The notes: generated by a model not told the origin, from the letters alone. 64,000 bases of DNA from Candidatus Rokuibacteriota bacterium (GCA_003220335.1 QHSB01000233.1:5397-69396), one strand, 5' to 3'. Positions 1 to 8,578 are shown, counted from the first letter of the stretch. A program made the numbers and translations.

Positions 1-133
1 ATTGTCAGGCCCTCGAGAGGACGCTGTGGGGGAGCGGTCATGGCGGAGGGTCGCCGAAACTCTATCGTGGGCGGCCAGCCCGCCGCCGAGTTACTCCCCG
101 CACACCTCGGCCATCGGGGTATGATGGCCACCA

Positions 134-511
134 ATGCCCGCGAGTGAGTCGCCCCGGCGAAGGATCCTCGTGGTCGATCACGAGCAGGACATCATCGACA
201 TTCTTCAGGAACACCTGGCGACGACCTATGACGTCACGTCGGCCCGCGACGGCAGGCGGGCGCTCGAGTTGGTCCGCGCCACGCATCCCGATCTCATCTT
301 CCTCGATATCGCCATGCCGGGCATCAACGGGATGGACGTCCTGAAGGCGATGAAGCAGCTCGACCCGACCGTCCCGGTCATCGCGATCACCGCGAAGGCC
401 AATACCTCCCTCGCGGCGGAGGCCATCAAGTGCGGGGCTTTCAGCTATTTTCCGAAGCCTTTCGATCTCAGATACCTGGAGCATCTTGCCGCGTCGGCAT
501 TGAGCCGCTGA
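134..511 (+). CDS. CheY-like response regulator, receiver domain only
   Basis: 125-aa ORF. RILVVDHE...DLIFLDIAMPGINGMDVL...AITAKA...PKPFD matches the REC acidic pocket, phospho-Asp, Thr and Lys pattern. Paralogue of 2658..3071. Confidence 0.9.
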   Translation: MPASESPRRRILVVDHEQDIIDILQEHLATTYDVTSARDGRRALELVRATHPDLIFLDIAMPGINGMDVLKAMKQLDPTVPVIAITAKANTSLAAEAIKCGAFSYFPKPFDLRYLEHLAASALSR

Positions 512-558
512 TCGATCGGCGCCGCCGCGCGGATGACTCCCATGAGGTCGGTGGACGC

Positions 559-972
559 TCAGCGCCGGCGCAGCGCCAAGGCGAGTGACCGCAGTCGCAA
601 CATTATCGAGGTCCTGTCGCCGTTGCTCGCCGGCGGCGATGCGGCCGTCGTATCGGTCACCGTCTCCCTGAGCGACGGCACGAGCACCGCCGGCAGGGGT
701 TCGGTGATGATCAGCCCGATGCCATGCTCGCTGACGTGACGAACTTCGGCCTGCCGGACGAACCTTGCTTCGCTGTGCGGGACGTGAACCTCGACAGCGC
801 AGCTCTCGCCGTGACGAATCGCGCCAGAGGCAAGAGCGTCCTCGCCCAGAGCGAGTCGCAGTCCGTGGAGGCTGGCGTCCATCGCCTTGGCGGCGATCGC
901 TTTCCCGCCGCCGATCAACAGCCGTGCTGACCAAGCGACCTGCCGGCGCGGCCAACGACGGCGTTCTATCAC
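559..972 (-). CDS. PilZ domain protein (putative c-di-GMP receptor)
   Basis: 137-aa ORF. N-terminal RRRWPR (RxxxR) followed by DASLHG (D/NxSxxG), the two PilZ signature motifs. Confidence 0.7.
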   Translation of the reverse strand: MIERRRWPRRQVAWSARLLIGGGKAIAAKAMDASLHGLRLALGEDALASGAIRHGESCAVEVHVPHSEARFVRQAEVRHVSEHGIGLIITEPLPAVLVPSLRETVTDTTAASPPASNGDRTSIMLRLRSLALALRRR

Positions 973-1160
973 GCAGCGCCTCCGGTTGAGAGGACCTCGG
1001 GAATGGATGCTGCCGTGGGGTCTGCAGCAAAGGCCGCGCCACGGCGCACGAGCAGCAAAGTCGGCGGGTTAGTCGACGAGGCTGGGCTCGGGTATGTGCC
1101 GAGTGGTCACCACGGTGACGTAAAACGACAGCCCGGCGCCCTGTCCTTCCAGGCGAGCGC

Positions 1161-1691
1161 CTACTGCGCCATGATTCCGCCGTCGACCGTCAGGATCGCC
1201 CCGGTCGTCCACGCAGCCTCATCCGACGCGAGATGGAGCACGGCCTGGGCGATCTCGTCCGGCCTGCCGAGCCGACCGAGCGGTACTCGACCCTCCATCG
1301 CCTTTCGCACCGCGGGGTCCGTCAGCCGTTGCAGCGGATGCCGTCCTTCGCGTAATGCACGGCGATCGTCTTCGTGAGCATCGCCACGCCGGCCTTCGCC
1401 ACGGCGTACGGGTGGACCGGAAACGCGAGGGCGGCCTTCAGGCCGAGGACCGAACCGATGCTGACGATCGAGCCGCCGCCCTGGCGCTGCATGTGAGGAA
1501 TGACCGCCCGTGACCACGCCCACGAGCACCGCCCCGGCGCCAACGACGGAGCCGATCGCTTCGACGCCGCGTCCTTGCATCGCCTCCAGGTGCGCGCCAC
1601 GCGCGACGAACGAGACGTCGTGCCCCGCTTTCGCGAGAAGCGCGCCGTAATATCCGCCGATCCCGCCCGATCCGAGCACGGCGATTCGCAT
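1161..1691 (-). pseudogene. Chimeric remnant: ketopantoate-reductase-like N-terminus joined to a frameshifted short-chain dehydrogenase C-terminal half
   Basis: The ORF begins MRIAVLGSGGIGGYYGALLAKAGHDVSFVARGAHLE (PanE/ApbA Rossmann N-terminus). It ends GRLGRPDEIAQAVLHLASDEAAWTTGAILTVDGG (SDR C-terminus). The SDR catalytic segment SIGSV...YAVAKAG...GIRCN lies in a different frame (ORF 1322..1600) and stops at about 1322. Confidence 0.6.
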
Positions 1692-1692
1692 G

Positions 1693-1936
1693 CTAGGCGG
1701 CTCGTGCGTTCACGACGTCCTGCACCAGCGCCCTGGGTACCGCACCGACGATCCGGTCGACGATTCCGAGGCTTCGGCGATCTGCTCGAGGACCGGCGCG
1801 ATCGCCCGGCACGGACCGCACCAGGCCGCCCAGAAGTCGACCATCACGAGACCCGGGCTGCGGCCAGCGCCTCATCGAAGTTCTGCTCGGTCAGGTGGAT
1901 CGTCTCGGCCACTTCGTGATCCCGGCTCGGACTCAT
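1693..1936 (-). pseudogene. trxA: Thioredoxin remnant spread over three reading frames with an internal deletion
   Basis: Frame 1: [27 protein letters not shown] then stop. Frame 2 (my translation): [29 protein letters not shown]. Frame 3: [19 protein letters not shown] then stop. The segment normally lying between the active-site helix and the C-terminal strand is missing. Confidence 0.65.
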
Positions 1937-2066
1937 GTTGCGGCTCCTCCTGCGCAGTGGGATGGCGGTCGGACCCCGAGAGATTCGCAAACTCCATGCA
2001 GGCGCATGCGTCGTCCATCGGCGTCCACGGGTGCTCGGCGAGGTACGGACCGGTGAAGCGTGCCGC

Positions 2067-2504
2067 TCAGTGCGGCAGCGGCACCTGGCCGTAGGAGTAC
2101 ACGAGGTAGGCGCGCGCAACGATACCGAGAGCATAGAGCGACATCGGCAGCCATGATGGGCTCGTCGTGTACATGCCGTAGATGAAGGCCCCCGCGACCA
2201 CCGGCGTCGACAGCCACATCGGAACCCGCAGGGGAACGAAGACGGCCTCGAGCGCTTTCACCAACAGCACGAGGATGACCAGCAGGAGGCAGAGCGCGAT
2301 GGGCGTCAAGAGCGAGAACGAGATGAGTGTGGTCAGCGCATCGCTTCGGCCACTCTCCGGATGTTGAAACGCCGTCGTCACGCCCGGCTGGTTCGCGAGC
2401 CAGGCGATCCACCCCTCCAGTCCCAGGATGTCGCCGACATACCAGGCGAGGAGCAACGCGGGCAGGAGGATGATGAACAATAGGCGTGATCGAGTCGTTC
2501 GCAT
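2067..2504 (-). CDS. Hypothetical integral membrane protein
   Basis: ATG at 2504 gives MRTTRSRLLFIILLPALLLAWY... with about 4 hydrophobic spans. The ORF stays open to a TTG at 2642, so the start is uncertain. Confidence 0.55.
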   Translation of the reverse strand: MRTTRSRLLFIILLPALLLAWYVGDILGLEGWIAWLANQPGVTTAFQHPESGRSDALTTLISFSLLTPIALCLLLVILVLLVKALEAVFVPLRVPMWLSTPVVAGAFIYGMYTTSPSWLPMSLYALGIVARAYLVYSYGQVPLPH

Positions 2505-2657
2505 GCCGCGCCATCGGAGCAAGGCCGATACCACTCTCGAACGGCGAGGCCAAGTGTCGACAAAGAATACGAACCGCCGAGCGTCTCCCCAACCCTCCCG
2601 AGACCAAATCGGCACGCGGATGACGGGAAACGTCATCGGCAAAGACGGCTCGAGACG

Positions 2658-3071
2658 TTACACCGACCCCTTCCCGTGAGCGGTGTTGTCATCACCCGTG
2701 GGACGGTTGAGGATGGCGGTGAGGGTGTGGTCGAGGAAGCGGAAGTCGAATGGCTTTGGCACGTAACCGAAGGCGCCGCTCTTGAGCGCTTCGGCGGCGA
2801 GCGCCACTTGCTCGTTGGCGGTGACCATGATCACGGCGATCGAATCGTCGAGTTGCTTGATGGCCTTCAGCACCTCGACGCCGCTCATGCCGGGCATCTT
2901 GACGTCGAGGAGGACCACATCGGGTCGCTGGCGACGGACCGCGTTGAGCGCATCGACACCGTTGAGCGCGATCTCCACGTCGTAGTCGATCTCGAAGTGC
3001 TCGCTGAGAATCTCCAACACCAACGGTTCATCGTCCACGATGAGCACTCGCCGGCGCGCCGAGTCGACCAT
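2658..3071 (-). CDS. CheY-like response regulator, receiver domain only
   Basis: 137-aa ORF with RVLIVDDEP...DVVLLDVKMPGMSGVEVL...VTANE...PKPFD. Paralogue of 134..511. Confidence 0.9.
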   Translation of the reverse strand: MVDSARRRVLIVDDEPLVLEILSEHFEIDYDVEIALNGVDALNAVRRQRPDVVLLDVKMPGMSGVEVLKAIKQLDDSIAVIMVTANEQVALAAEALKSGAFGYVPKPFDFRFLDHTLTAILNRPTGDDNTAHGKGSV

Positions 3072-3079
3072 CCGTCTGA

Positions 3080-3085
3080 ATTATA
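3080..3085 (-). promoter_or_regulatory. Candidate -10 box (TATAAT) 8 nt upstream of the ATG at 3071; possible leaderless transcript
   Basis: The minus strand reads TTATAAT-tcagacgg-ATG. There is no Shine-Dalgarno sequence in the 8-nt gap and no convincing -35. Confidence 0.35.
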
Positions 3086-3136
3086 ACGGATTACCGGCGA
3101 GCAATACCTGAACAACGACTGGCTGTCCTCAGCGGA

Positions 3137-3853
3137 TCAGAACCCGGGCCACGTTCCCCAGAAGCCCCACACGATGGGCTGCTGCTGGATTGCGATCAAC
3201 TGGTCGGTCTCGAGACTCTTCTGAAGCGCCCGCTGGTACTGTGCGGAGGTTCCGACGTACAGGCACTCGCAGAGATCCGGGTCAGCATAGATGTAGTACA
3301 CGCGGTCGTCCTGCGCCTGTGGGATGAGTGTCCTCCGCGGCGTCAGGGTCCGCAGATTGGCGAGCTTCTCTGGCGTATCGGCGAGCTTCATCTGGAAGCC
3401 GACAGCCGCCAGGAGCTGCTCCGTCGTCCTCGTCGCCCATGGATCATCCATGAGGCCGAACGACTCGACGGCCACCCGGTACGACGGGCTCGCGCCCGGC
3501 ATCTCGAGGTCGAAGGAGGCCCGGCTCAGCGCCGGAACGGGATCTCCCATCGGCTTGATCACGCTCCTGATGGTGCGGCCCGAGGCGTCGAGCTCGCTGA
3601 TCCGAAGCCGAACATTCACCGCATCCTGCCGGGAGTCGTTGTAGACGTACCCGACGATCCGAGACTCCGTCTGGCCACTGCCCCCCGCCGTCCACTCCAC
3701 GCGGAAGAGGCGATCGGCAAGTCGGGGCCCGGACTCCTGATTCGCGACCGGCGGCTCGCCCTCGGCCGCGACAGATCGGGCTGGCCACGGTGTCACGAGG
3801 GCCGCGCCGAGTAACACTGCTCCCGCAAAGACCGGCGATCTCCATCGATTCAT
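3137..3853 (-). CDS. Secreted two-module protein (module A beta-sandwich-like, module B CxC/Trp-rich), function unknown
   Basis: 238 aa. Signal peptide MNRWRSPVFAGAVLLGAALV. Its N-terminal half is homologous to 3887..4258 and its C-terminal half to 4255..4596. Confidence 0.8.
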   Translation of the reverse strand: MNRWRSPVFAGAVLLGAALVTPWPARSVAAEGEPPVANQESGPRLADRLFRVEWTAGGSGQTESRIVGYVYNDSRQDAVNVRLRISELDASGRTIRSVIKPMGDPVPALSRASFDLEMPGASPSYRVAVESFGLMDDPWATRTTEQLLAAVGFQMKLADTPEKLANLRTLTPRRTLIPQAQDDRVYYIYADPDLCECLYVGTSAQYQRALQKSLETDQLIAIQQQPIVWGFWGTWPGF

Positions 3854-3886
3854 CGGTGTCTCACCTATCTCCTGAGGTGTCCTGCT

Positions 3887-4258
3887 TCAGCGAGCTTCGA
3901 GAGGCATCGGCCCTGACACGACATCGTACGAGACGACAGTGATTTGATAAGTCACGGCGCCCGGCACCGCCTCGATAACGAAGGACGTGTCTTCGCCGGG
4001 CGCGATGTCACCGAACGCCCACGCGAATGTCCGGCCTACCGGGCGGCTGCCGGCGTCGAGGCCGTCCACCTGCAGTCGCACGTCGGTGACCCGGAACCGC
4101 GAGTCGTTATGGACCCGCCCCTCGATCCGCGGGCTCACGGGGTCCGTCTCCTGCTGCCAGCGCACGCGAAACGCCTCGGGCGCCGGTGGCCGCTGATCCT
4201 GGCCCGACGCCCCGGTGGCCATCAGCATCAGCGCGAGTCCGAACCCGAGGACTTTCAT
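3887..4258 (-). CDS. Secreted protein carrying module A only
   Basis: ATG at 4258 gives MKVLGFGLALMLMATGASG (signal peptide). FRVRW...RIEGRVHNDSRFRVTDVRLQVDGLDAGSRPVG aligns with FRVEW...RIVGYVYNDSRQDAVNVRLRISELDASGRTI of 3137..3853. The start overlaps the upstream stop as ATGA. Confidence 0.75.
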   Translation of the reverse strand: MKVLGFGLALMLMATGASGQDQRPPAPEAFRVRWQQETDPVSPRIEGRVHNDSRFRVTDVRLQVDGLDAGSRPVGRTFAWAFGDIAPGEDTSFVIEAVPGAVTYQITVVSYDVVSGPMPLEAR

Positions 4259-4596
4259 CGCCAGTACCACGGGTCCCACAGGCCCCAGTTCATCCTGTCC
4301 TCCTCGGCCCAGAGCCGCTCCTGCGCGATCTGCTGCTCCGTCACCAGGCGCTGATAGGCCAGGTACTCCTTGGATCCGCCGACGTAGAGGCAGCGGCACT
4401 TGTACGGGTCCGCGAACGTGTACCTGACGTCGTTGTCCTGGTTTCGCGCGACGATCTTGAGCGGTGGCATGACGGCGAGGTCGTGGACCCGCTCGGGATT
4501 GTCGGCGGGTCGCGTCTGGAATCCCGCCGCGGCCAGCAACTGTTCGGTGCTGCCGGCCTCATGCCGGCGAATGGCGGGAAGCCCGTCGAACACCAC
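4255..4596 (-). CDS. Protein carrying module B only, with no evident signal peptide
   Basis: 113 aa. STEQLLAAAGFQ...DVRYTFADPYKCRCLYVGGSKEY...WGLWDPWYWR aligns with TTEQLLAAVGFQ...RVYYIYADPDLCECLYVGTSAQY...WGFWGTWPGF of 3137..3853. Confidence 0.7.
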   Translation of the reverse strand: MVFDGLPAIRRHEAGSTEQLLAAAGFQTRPADNPERVHDLAVMPPLKIVARNQDNDVRYTFADPYKCRCLYVGGSKEYLAYQRLVTEQQIAQERLWAEEDRMNWGLWDPWYWR

Positions 4597-4633
4597 GAGC
4601 AGGTTGATCAGTAGTACCCGTCGCGCCGTGGGC

Positions 4634-4978
4634 TCAGTGAGCGGCGCGCTCGAGCCGTTCCTGACACGCCACGCACGTGGTCACGTCGGGAATGGCACCG
4701 AGCCGCGCCGACGCGATCGACGCCCCGCACTCCGCGCAGATGCCGTATTCGCCATCGGAGACGCGGCTCAGCGCGATTTGCAGGCGCTTCGCCCGCTCAC
4801 TGAGGCGGGACGCGCTGAGGCGCGCCAGCTCCTGCTGTTCGAGGCCCTGGGCGAGGTCGAGGAAGTCGCCGCCCGCCAGACTGGCGCTCGGCACCCTGGC
4901 CTCGGCCTGCAGTCGCTCGCCGATCGCGGCGAGCTCGGCCTCCAGCAGGAGCTTCGCACGACGCTTCGAGTTGTCCAT
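4634..4978 (-). CDS. DksA/TraR-family C4 zinc-finger protein
   Basis: ATG at 4978 gives 114 aa. A coiled-coil-like N-terminus precedes CAECGASIASARLGAIPDVTTCVAC (CxxC-N17-CxxC). The rest of ORF 4634..5647 is a non-coding extension. Confidence 0.8.
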   Translation of the reverse strand: MDNSKRRAKLLLEAELAAIGERLQAEARVPSASLAGGDFLDLAQGLEQQELARLSASRLSERAKRLQIALSRVSDGEYGICAECGASIASARLGAIPDVTTCVACQERLERAAH

Positions 4979-5116
4979 GCCCTTCAGACGACGGCGCCGG
5001 CACTTTGGTTCCCGGGCCCGACTTTGGTCGGGTGGGCGAACCGAGCGCAACCCTTGCCCCCACGTCGACGTCTCAAATGCGAGGGTTAGATGTGCGATCG
5101 GAGGGCGGCGAGACTG

Positions 5117-6151
5117 ATGGAGCAGAAGGTGATGGAGCGGAAGTTGATACGGGGCGTTGGGGTGGCGAGCTCGCGCATCGGGCTCGGCACGTGGTCGATC
5201 GGGGGCTGGATGTGGGGTGGCAGTGACGACGCCGAGGCCGTCAAGACGATCCGGACGGCGCTCGATCGAGGCATCACGCTGATCGACACCGCGCCGGCGT
5301 ATGGCTTCGGGAGATCTGAGGAGCTCGTCGGGCAGGCCGTCGCCGAGCAGGGCGGGCGCGAGCGCGTGCTGATCGCGACCAAGGCCGGTCTCGGGTGGCA
5401 CGCAGGGGCGGTCTACCGCGACGCCTCTGCGGTACGGATCCGCACCGAGATCGAGGACTCCTTGCGACGGCTGGGAACGAGTTACATCGACATCTATCAG
5501 GTGCACTGGCCCGATCCGCTCGTTCCCGTGGAAGAGACGGCAGCGCAGCTGGGCCGACTCTTCGAGCGCGGGACGATCCGAGCCATCGGCGTGAGCAACT
5601 TCTCGCCCGAGCAGATGGAGACCTTCCGGGCGGTCGCCCCGTTGCACGTCGTGCAGTCACCGTACAACCTGTTCGAGCGGGCGATCGAGACCGGCGTCCT
5701 GCCGTACGCTTGGCGGCGCGGTCTCACCGTGCTCGCGTACGGCGCGCTGTGCCGCGGGCTGCTGTCGGGCCGTATGCGGCGCGACACCAGATTTCTCGGC
5801 GACGACCTTCGCCAGACCGACCCGAAGTTCCAGCCCCGCCGCTACGGGCAATATCTCGCGGCCGTCGCCGCGCTCGATCGGCTCGCCCATGAGCGTTACG
5901 GCAAGAGCGTGCTTGCCCTCGCCATCCGCTTCATCCTCGACCAGGGGCCCACCATCGCGCTGTGGGGCGCACGCCGCCCGGATCAGCTCGCGCCGATCGA
6001 CGACGTGCTCGGCTGGCGCCTGGACGACGAGACACGCGCGACGATCGATCGCCTCCTGGCGGAGCTCGTCACCGATCCCGTCGGCCCCGAGTTCATGGCT
6101 CCGCCGGCGCGCGAGACGGCCGATCGCGGCCCGGTCGCTCTTCGGTCATGA
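5117..6151 (+). CDS. Aldo/keto reductase
   Basis: IGLGTWSIGG...ALDRGITLIDTAPAYGFGRSEELVG...IDIYQVHWPD...GVSNF are AKR family motifs. GGAGGG lies 11 nt before the ATG at 5117; an alternative ATG is at 5132. Confidence 0.9.
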   Translation: MEQKVMERKLIRGVGVASSRIGLGTWSIGGWMWGGSDDAEAVKTIRTALDRGITLIDTAPAYGFGRSEELVGQAVAEQGGRERVLIATKAGLGWHAGAVYRDASAVRIRTEIEDSLRRLGTSYIDIYQVHWPDPLVPVEETAAQLGRLFERGTIRAIGVSNFSPEQMETFRAVAPLHVVQSPYNLFERAIETGVLPYAWRRGLTVLAYGALCRGLLSGRMRRDTRFLGDDLRQTDPKFQPRRYGQYLAAVAALDRLAHERYGKSVLALAIRFILDQGPTIALWGARRPDQLAPIDDVLGWRLDDETRATIDRLLAELVTDPVGPEFMAPPARETADRGPVALRS

Positions 6152-6456
6152 GCCGGCGCACATTCGGCAAGGCGCTCGCAGCGGCGGTCGTCGCCGCCGC
6201 CTGCATGCTCGCGCTCCGCGTCGACGTCGGCTCCGCCCAAGTGGGTGTGGTCATCGCGGGACGCGTGCTGTGGGTGGCCGGGCAGACGATGGTCGTCGCC
6301 CCATACGCGAGCGGCACCGCCCCCGTCAGGATCGACCTCTCGCAGGCGAGCCAGGACGAGTACATGCGGCTGACGACGGGCGACTCGGTGACCGTCATGG
6401 GAATCATCCCGGCTGAGGGAGATCGCGTCATGGCCACCTCGATACGAGACGACTGA
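6148..6456 (+). CDS. Small secreted hypothetical protein
   Basis: ATG at 6148 overlaps the AKR stop as ATGA. MSRRTFGKALAAAVVAAACMLAL is a signal peptide. 102 aa. Confidence 0.6.
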   Translation: MSRRTFGKALAAAVVAAACMLALRVDVGSAQVGVVIAGRVLWVAGQTMVVAPYASGTAPVRIDLSQASQDEYMRLTTGDSVTVMGIIPAEGDRVMATSIRDD

Positions 6457-6475
6457 TCATGAAGAGGCGACCGAT

Positions 6476-6787
6476 ATGAAAAGCCTGCTGACGGTGCTGA
6501 TCGGCCTGGGGCTCGCGGCATGGGCGACGCCTGCGAGCGCGTACGTCGCGCAAATCACCACGTCGATCCCGGCGGCGAGCGCCGGCGACGACACGCAGCT
6601 CGAGGACGCGCTGAATGCCGCCGTCCACGACGTCCTTCAGCACGCGATCGCGTTCGCCCCGACTCTGGTGGCGGTGCGGGATGCGCGCGTCGTCGGGGAT
6701 CGCGTGTACATCTTGCTGCTGGTCGCGGATGGCGAGGGCGAAGAGACCATCAAGGACCTCGTCAACGCCGATCAGACGGATCTCTGA
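6476..6787 (+). CDS. Small secreted hypothetical protein
   Basis: 103 aa. MKSLLTVLIGLGLAAWATPASA is a signal peptide with an ASA cleavage motif. Confidence 0.65.
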   Translation: MKSLLTVLIGLGLAAWATPASAYVAQITTSIPAASAGDDTQLEDALNAAVHDVLQHAIAFAPTLVAVRDARVVGDRVYILLLVADGEGEETIKDLVNADQTDL

Positions 6788-6793
6788 GCGGCC

Positions 6794-6991
6794 ATGAGCC
6801 TGTGCGTCCAGTGCGGCTACCCCACGTCGGGCGCCGGCGACATGTGTGCCCACCACGTCGACAGCCGCGCGGACGACTGGGCGATCGGCAACCGGATCAT
6901 GTGCGACTTCCTCCATCGCGGGGTCGTGTCGCTGCCGTCCGAACGTCGCGCGCCGACGCGGACCATCTTCACCAGGCATGACGAATCATGA
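6794..6991 (+). CDS. Small Cys/His-containing hypothetical protein
   Basis: 65 aa. CVQCG...CAHH suggests a metal-binding knuckle. It starts 7 nt after the previous stop. Confidence 0.4.
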   Translation: MSLCVQCGYPTSGAGDMCAHHVDSRADDWAIGNRIMCDFLHRGVVSLPSERRAPTRTIFTRHDES

Positions 6992-7168
6992 GCAAGACGT
7001 ACCCGAGTTGACGCCACCAACGACCTGCCGATACGCGACGTGATCCGGACCAACGAGAGGCAGATCTGGTTCGTCGGTGAGCATCTCGTGGGCACACCGT
7101 TGATCGCCAACGAGCACGAGCCGGCCTGAGGCTCGAGGAACGCTCACCGCTCGCAACCGGAGGGGCCG

Positions 7169-8578
7169 ATGCATCGAGGATGGAAGGTTGTCGTCGCAGT
7201 CGCTGCGCTGGTAGTGATGGGCATGACGGCCGGCGTTCTCGGCATGCAAGTCCAGGGCGCGAAGGCCGATCCGCCCGCGTCCAGCTATCTGTCGGTCAAC
7301 GAGGACGACTTTCGAACCATCTTTTCAAAGATGAGCGGAGCGAAGGCGCAAGTCATGAAGCGCCAGATGGAGCTGCTCGGCGCGCGTTACGACCTTGGCG
7401 ATCGTCCCGCCGCCGGCGTCACGATGAGTCGGGGAAAGCCGATCCAGGACGGCGTCCGCGTCAAGCTGCCGGCCGGCGCCACGTGGGAGGCGCTGGAGAA
7501 GATGAGTCCCGCCGAGATCCGCGAGAAGGGACTCTTCCCGAGCGGCTTCCTGCCGTTGCCGCATCCGAACCATCCCGAAGGCGGCATGGTCTTTCCCCGC
7601 TTCCTCATCGACGAGGTCAAGAAGCAGACGGGCAGGGACCTGACCCGCTTCGACCTGGACTTCGACATCCCCGACCGGTTCCTCCCGGAGTTTCCGGCGC
7701 CCATCTACCTGACGACTCGCCCCGACCTCGGGGACGTCTCGCGGGGCCGGCTGGTGACCACCGACAACTACTACGAGCTGTTCAACGGCATCCTGAACCC
7801 GAAGCAGCTCGAGGGACTGCGACTGCTGCTCACGCCGTTTGCCCAGCAGCAGTTCAACCTGACGGCGGATCGCCGCAGCGAGCGTCCGAGCCTCGGCGTC
7901 GCGTGCTTCGACTGTCATCAGAACGGCAGTACCAACGGGGCGGCTCACCTGGTCGGCGACATTCGTCCGCAGGAGTTTCGCCATCGGATCGAGACGCCGA
8001 CCCTGCGCGGTGTGAACATTCAGCGGCTCTTCGGGTCACAGCGGGCGCTGAAGACGGTCGAGGACTTCACCGAGTTCGAGCAGCGGGCCGCCTACTTCGA
8101 CGGCGACCCCGTGATCGCCACAAAGAAAGGCGTCAACATGCTCGAGCGGGGAAGTCAGGTCCACGACATGGGCGAATTCCAGGAGATCCTTGATTTCCCG
8201 CCGGCGCCGAAGCTCGACGTCTTCGGGAAGCTCGACCCGCCGAAGGGTACGCCGGCAGAGCTACGCGGGCAAGCGCTGTTCTTCGGCAAGGCGCAGTGCG
8301 CGACGTGCCACGCGCCGCCGTACTACACCGACAATTCGATGCACGATCTCAAGGCCGAGCGTTTCTACCGACCCCAGCTGGTCAATGGGATGATGGCCTC
8401 CGCGGACGGACCCATCAAGACGTTCCCCCTTCGCGGGATCAAGGACACGCCGCCCTATCTTCATGACGGACGGCTCTTGACCCTCGACGACACGGTGGAG
8501 TTCTTCAACCTGGTGCTCGGCACCCGGCTGACACCCGAGGAAAAGAAGGACCTCGTCGTCTTTCTGCGGGCGCTCTAG
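7169..8578 (+). CDS. Di-haem cytochrome c peroxidase / MauG-family protein
   Basis: 469 aa. N-terminal hydrophobic anchor and two CxxCH haem motifs (CFDCH, CATCH), followed by PPYLHDG, which is typical of the CCP family. Confidence 0.7.
   Translation: MHRGWKVVVAVAALVVMGMTAGVLGMQVQGAKADPPASSYLSVNEDDFRTIFSKMSGAKAQVMKRQMELLGARYDLGDRPAAGVTMSRGKPIQDGVRVKLPAGATWEALEKMSPAEIREKGLFPSGFLPLPHPNHPEGGMVFPRFLIDEVKKQTGRDLTRFDLDFDIPDRFLPEFPAPIYLTTRPDLGDVSRGRLVTTDNYYELFNGILNPKQLEGLRLLLTPFAQQQFNLTADRRSERPSLGVACFDCHQNGSTNGAAHLVGDIRPQEFRHRIETPTLRGVNIQRLFGSQRALKTVEDFTEFEQRAAYFDGDPVIATKKGVNMLERGSQVHDMGEFQEILDFPPAPKLDVFGKLDPPKGTPAELRGQALFFGKAQCATCHAPPYYTDNSMHDLKAERFYRPQLVNGMMASADGPIKTFPLRGIKDTPPYLHDGRLLTLDDTVEFFNLVLGTRLTPEEKKDLVVFLRAL

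Noticed and set aside
62-1042. 326-aa minus-strand ORF covering the first kilobase.
   Set aside because: It is Arg/Pro/Gly-rich and low-complexity. It runs antisense or out of frame to the well-supported receiver (134..511) and PilZ (559..972) genes. This is a typical high-GC shadow ORF.
4979-5116. Sigma-54-like strings (CGGCAC-TTTGG-TTCC on the plus strand; GGCAAGGGTTGC on the minus strand) in the DksA/AKR divergent region.
   Set aside because: The first lacks the -12 GC. The second has the wrong GG-to-GC spacing (8 nt instead of 10).
4634-5647. 337-aa extension of the DksA/TraR ORF.
   Set aside because: Only the last 114 codons, from the ATG at 4978, look like a protein. The extension overlaps the aldo/keto reductase gene on the other strand.
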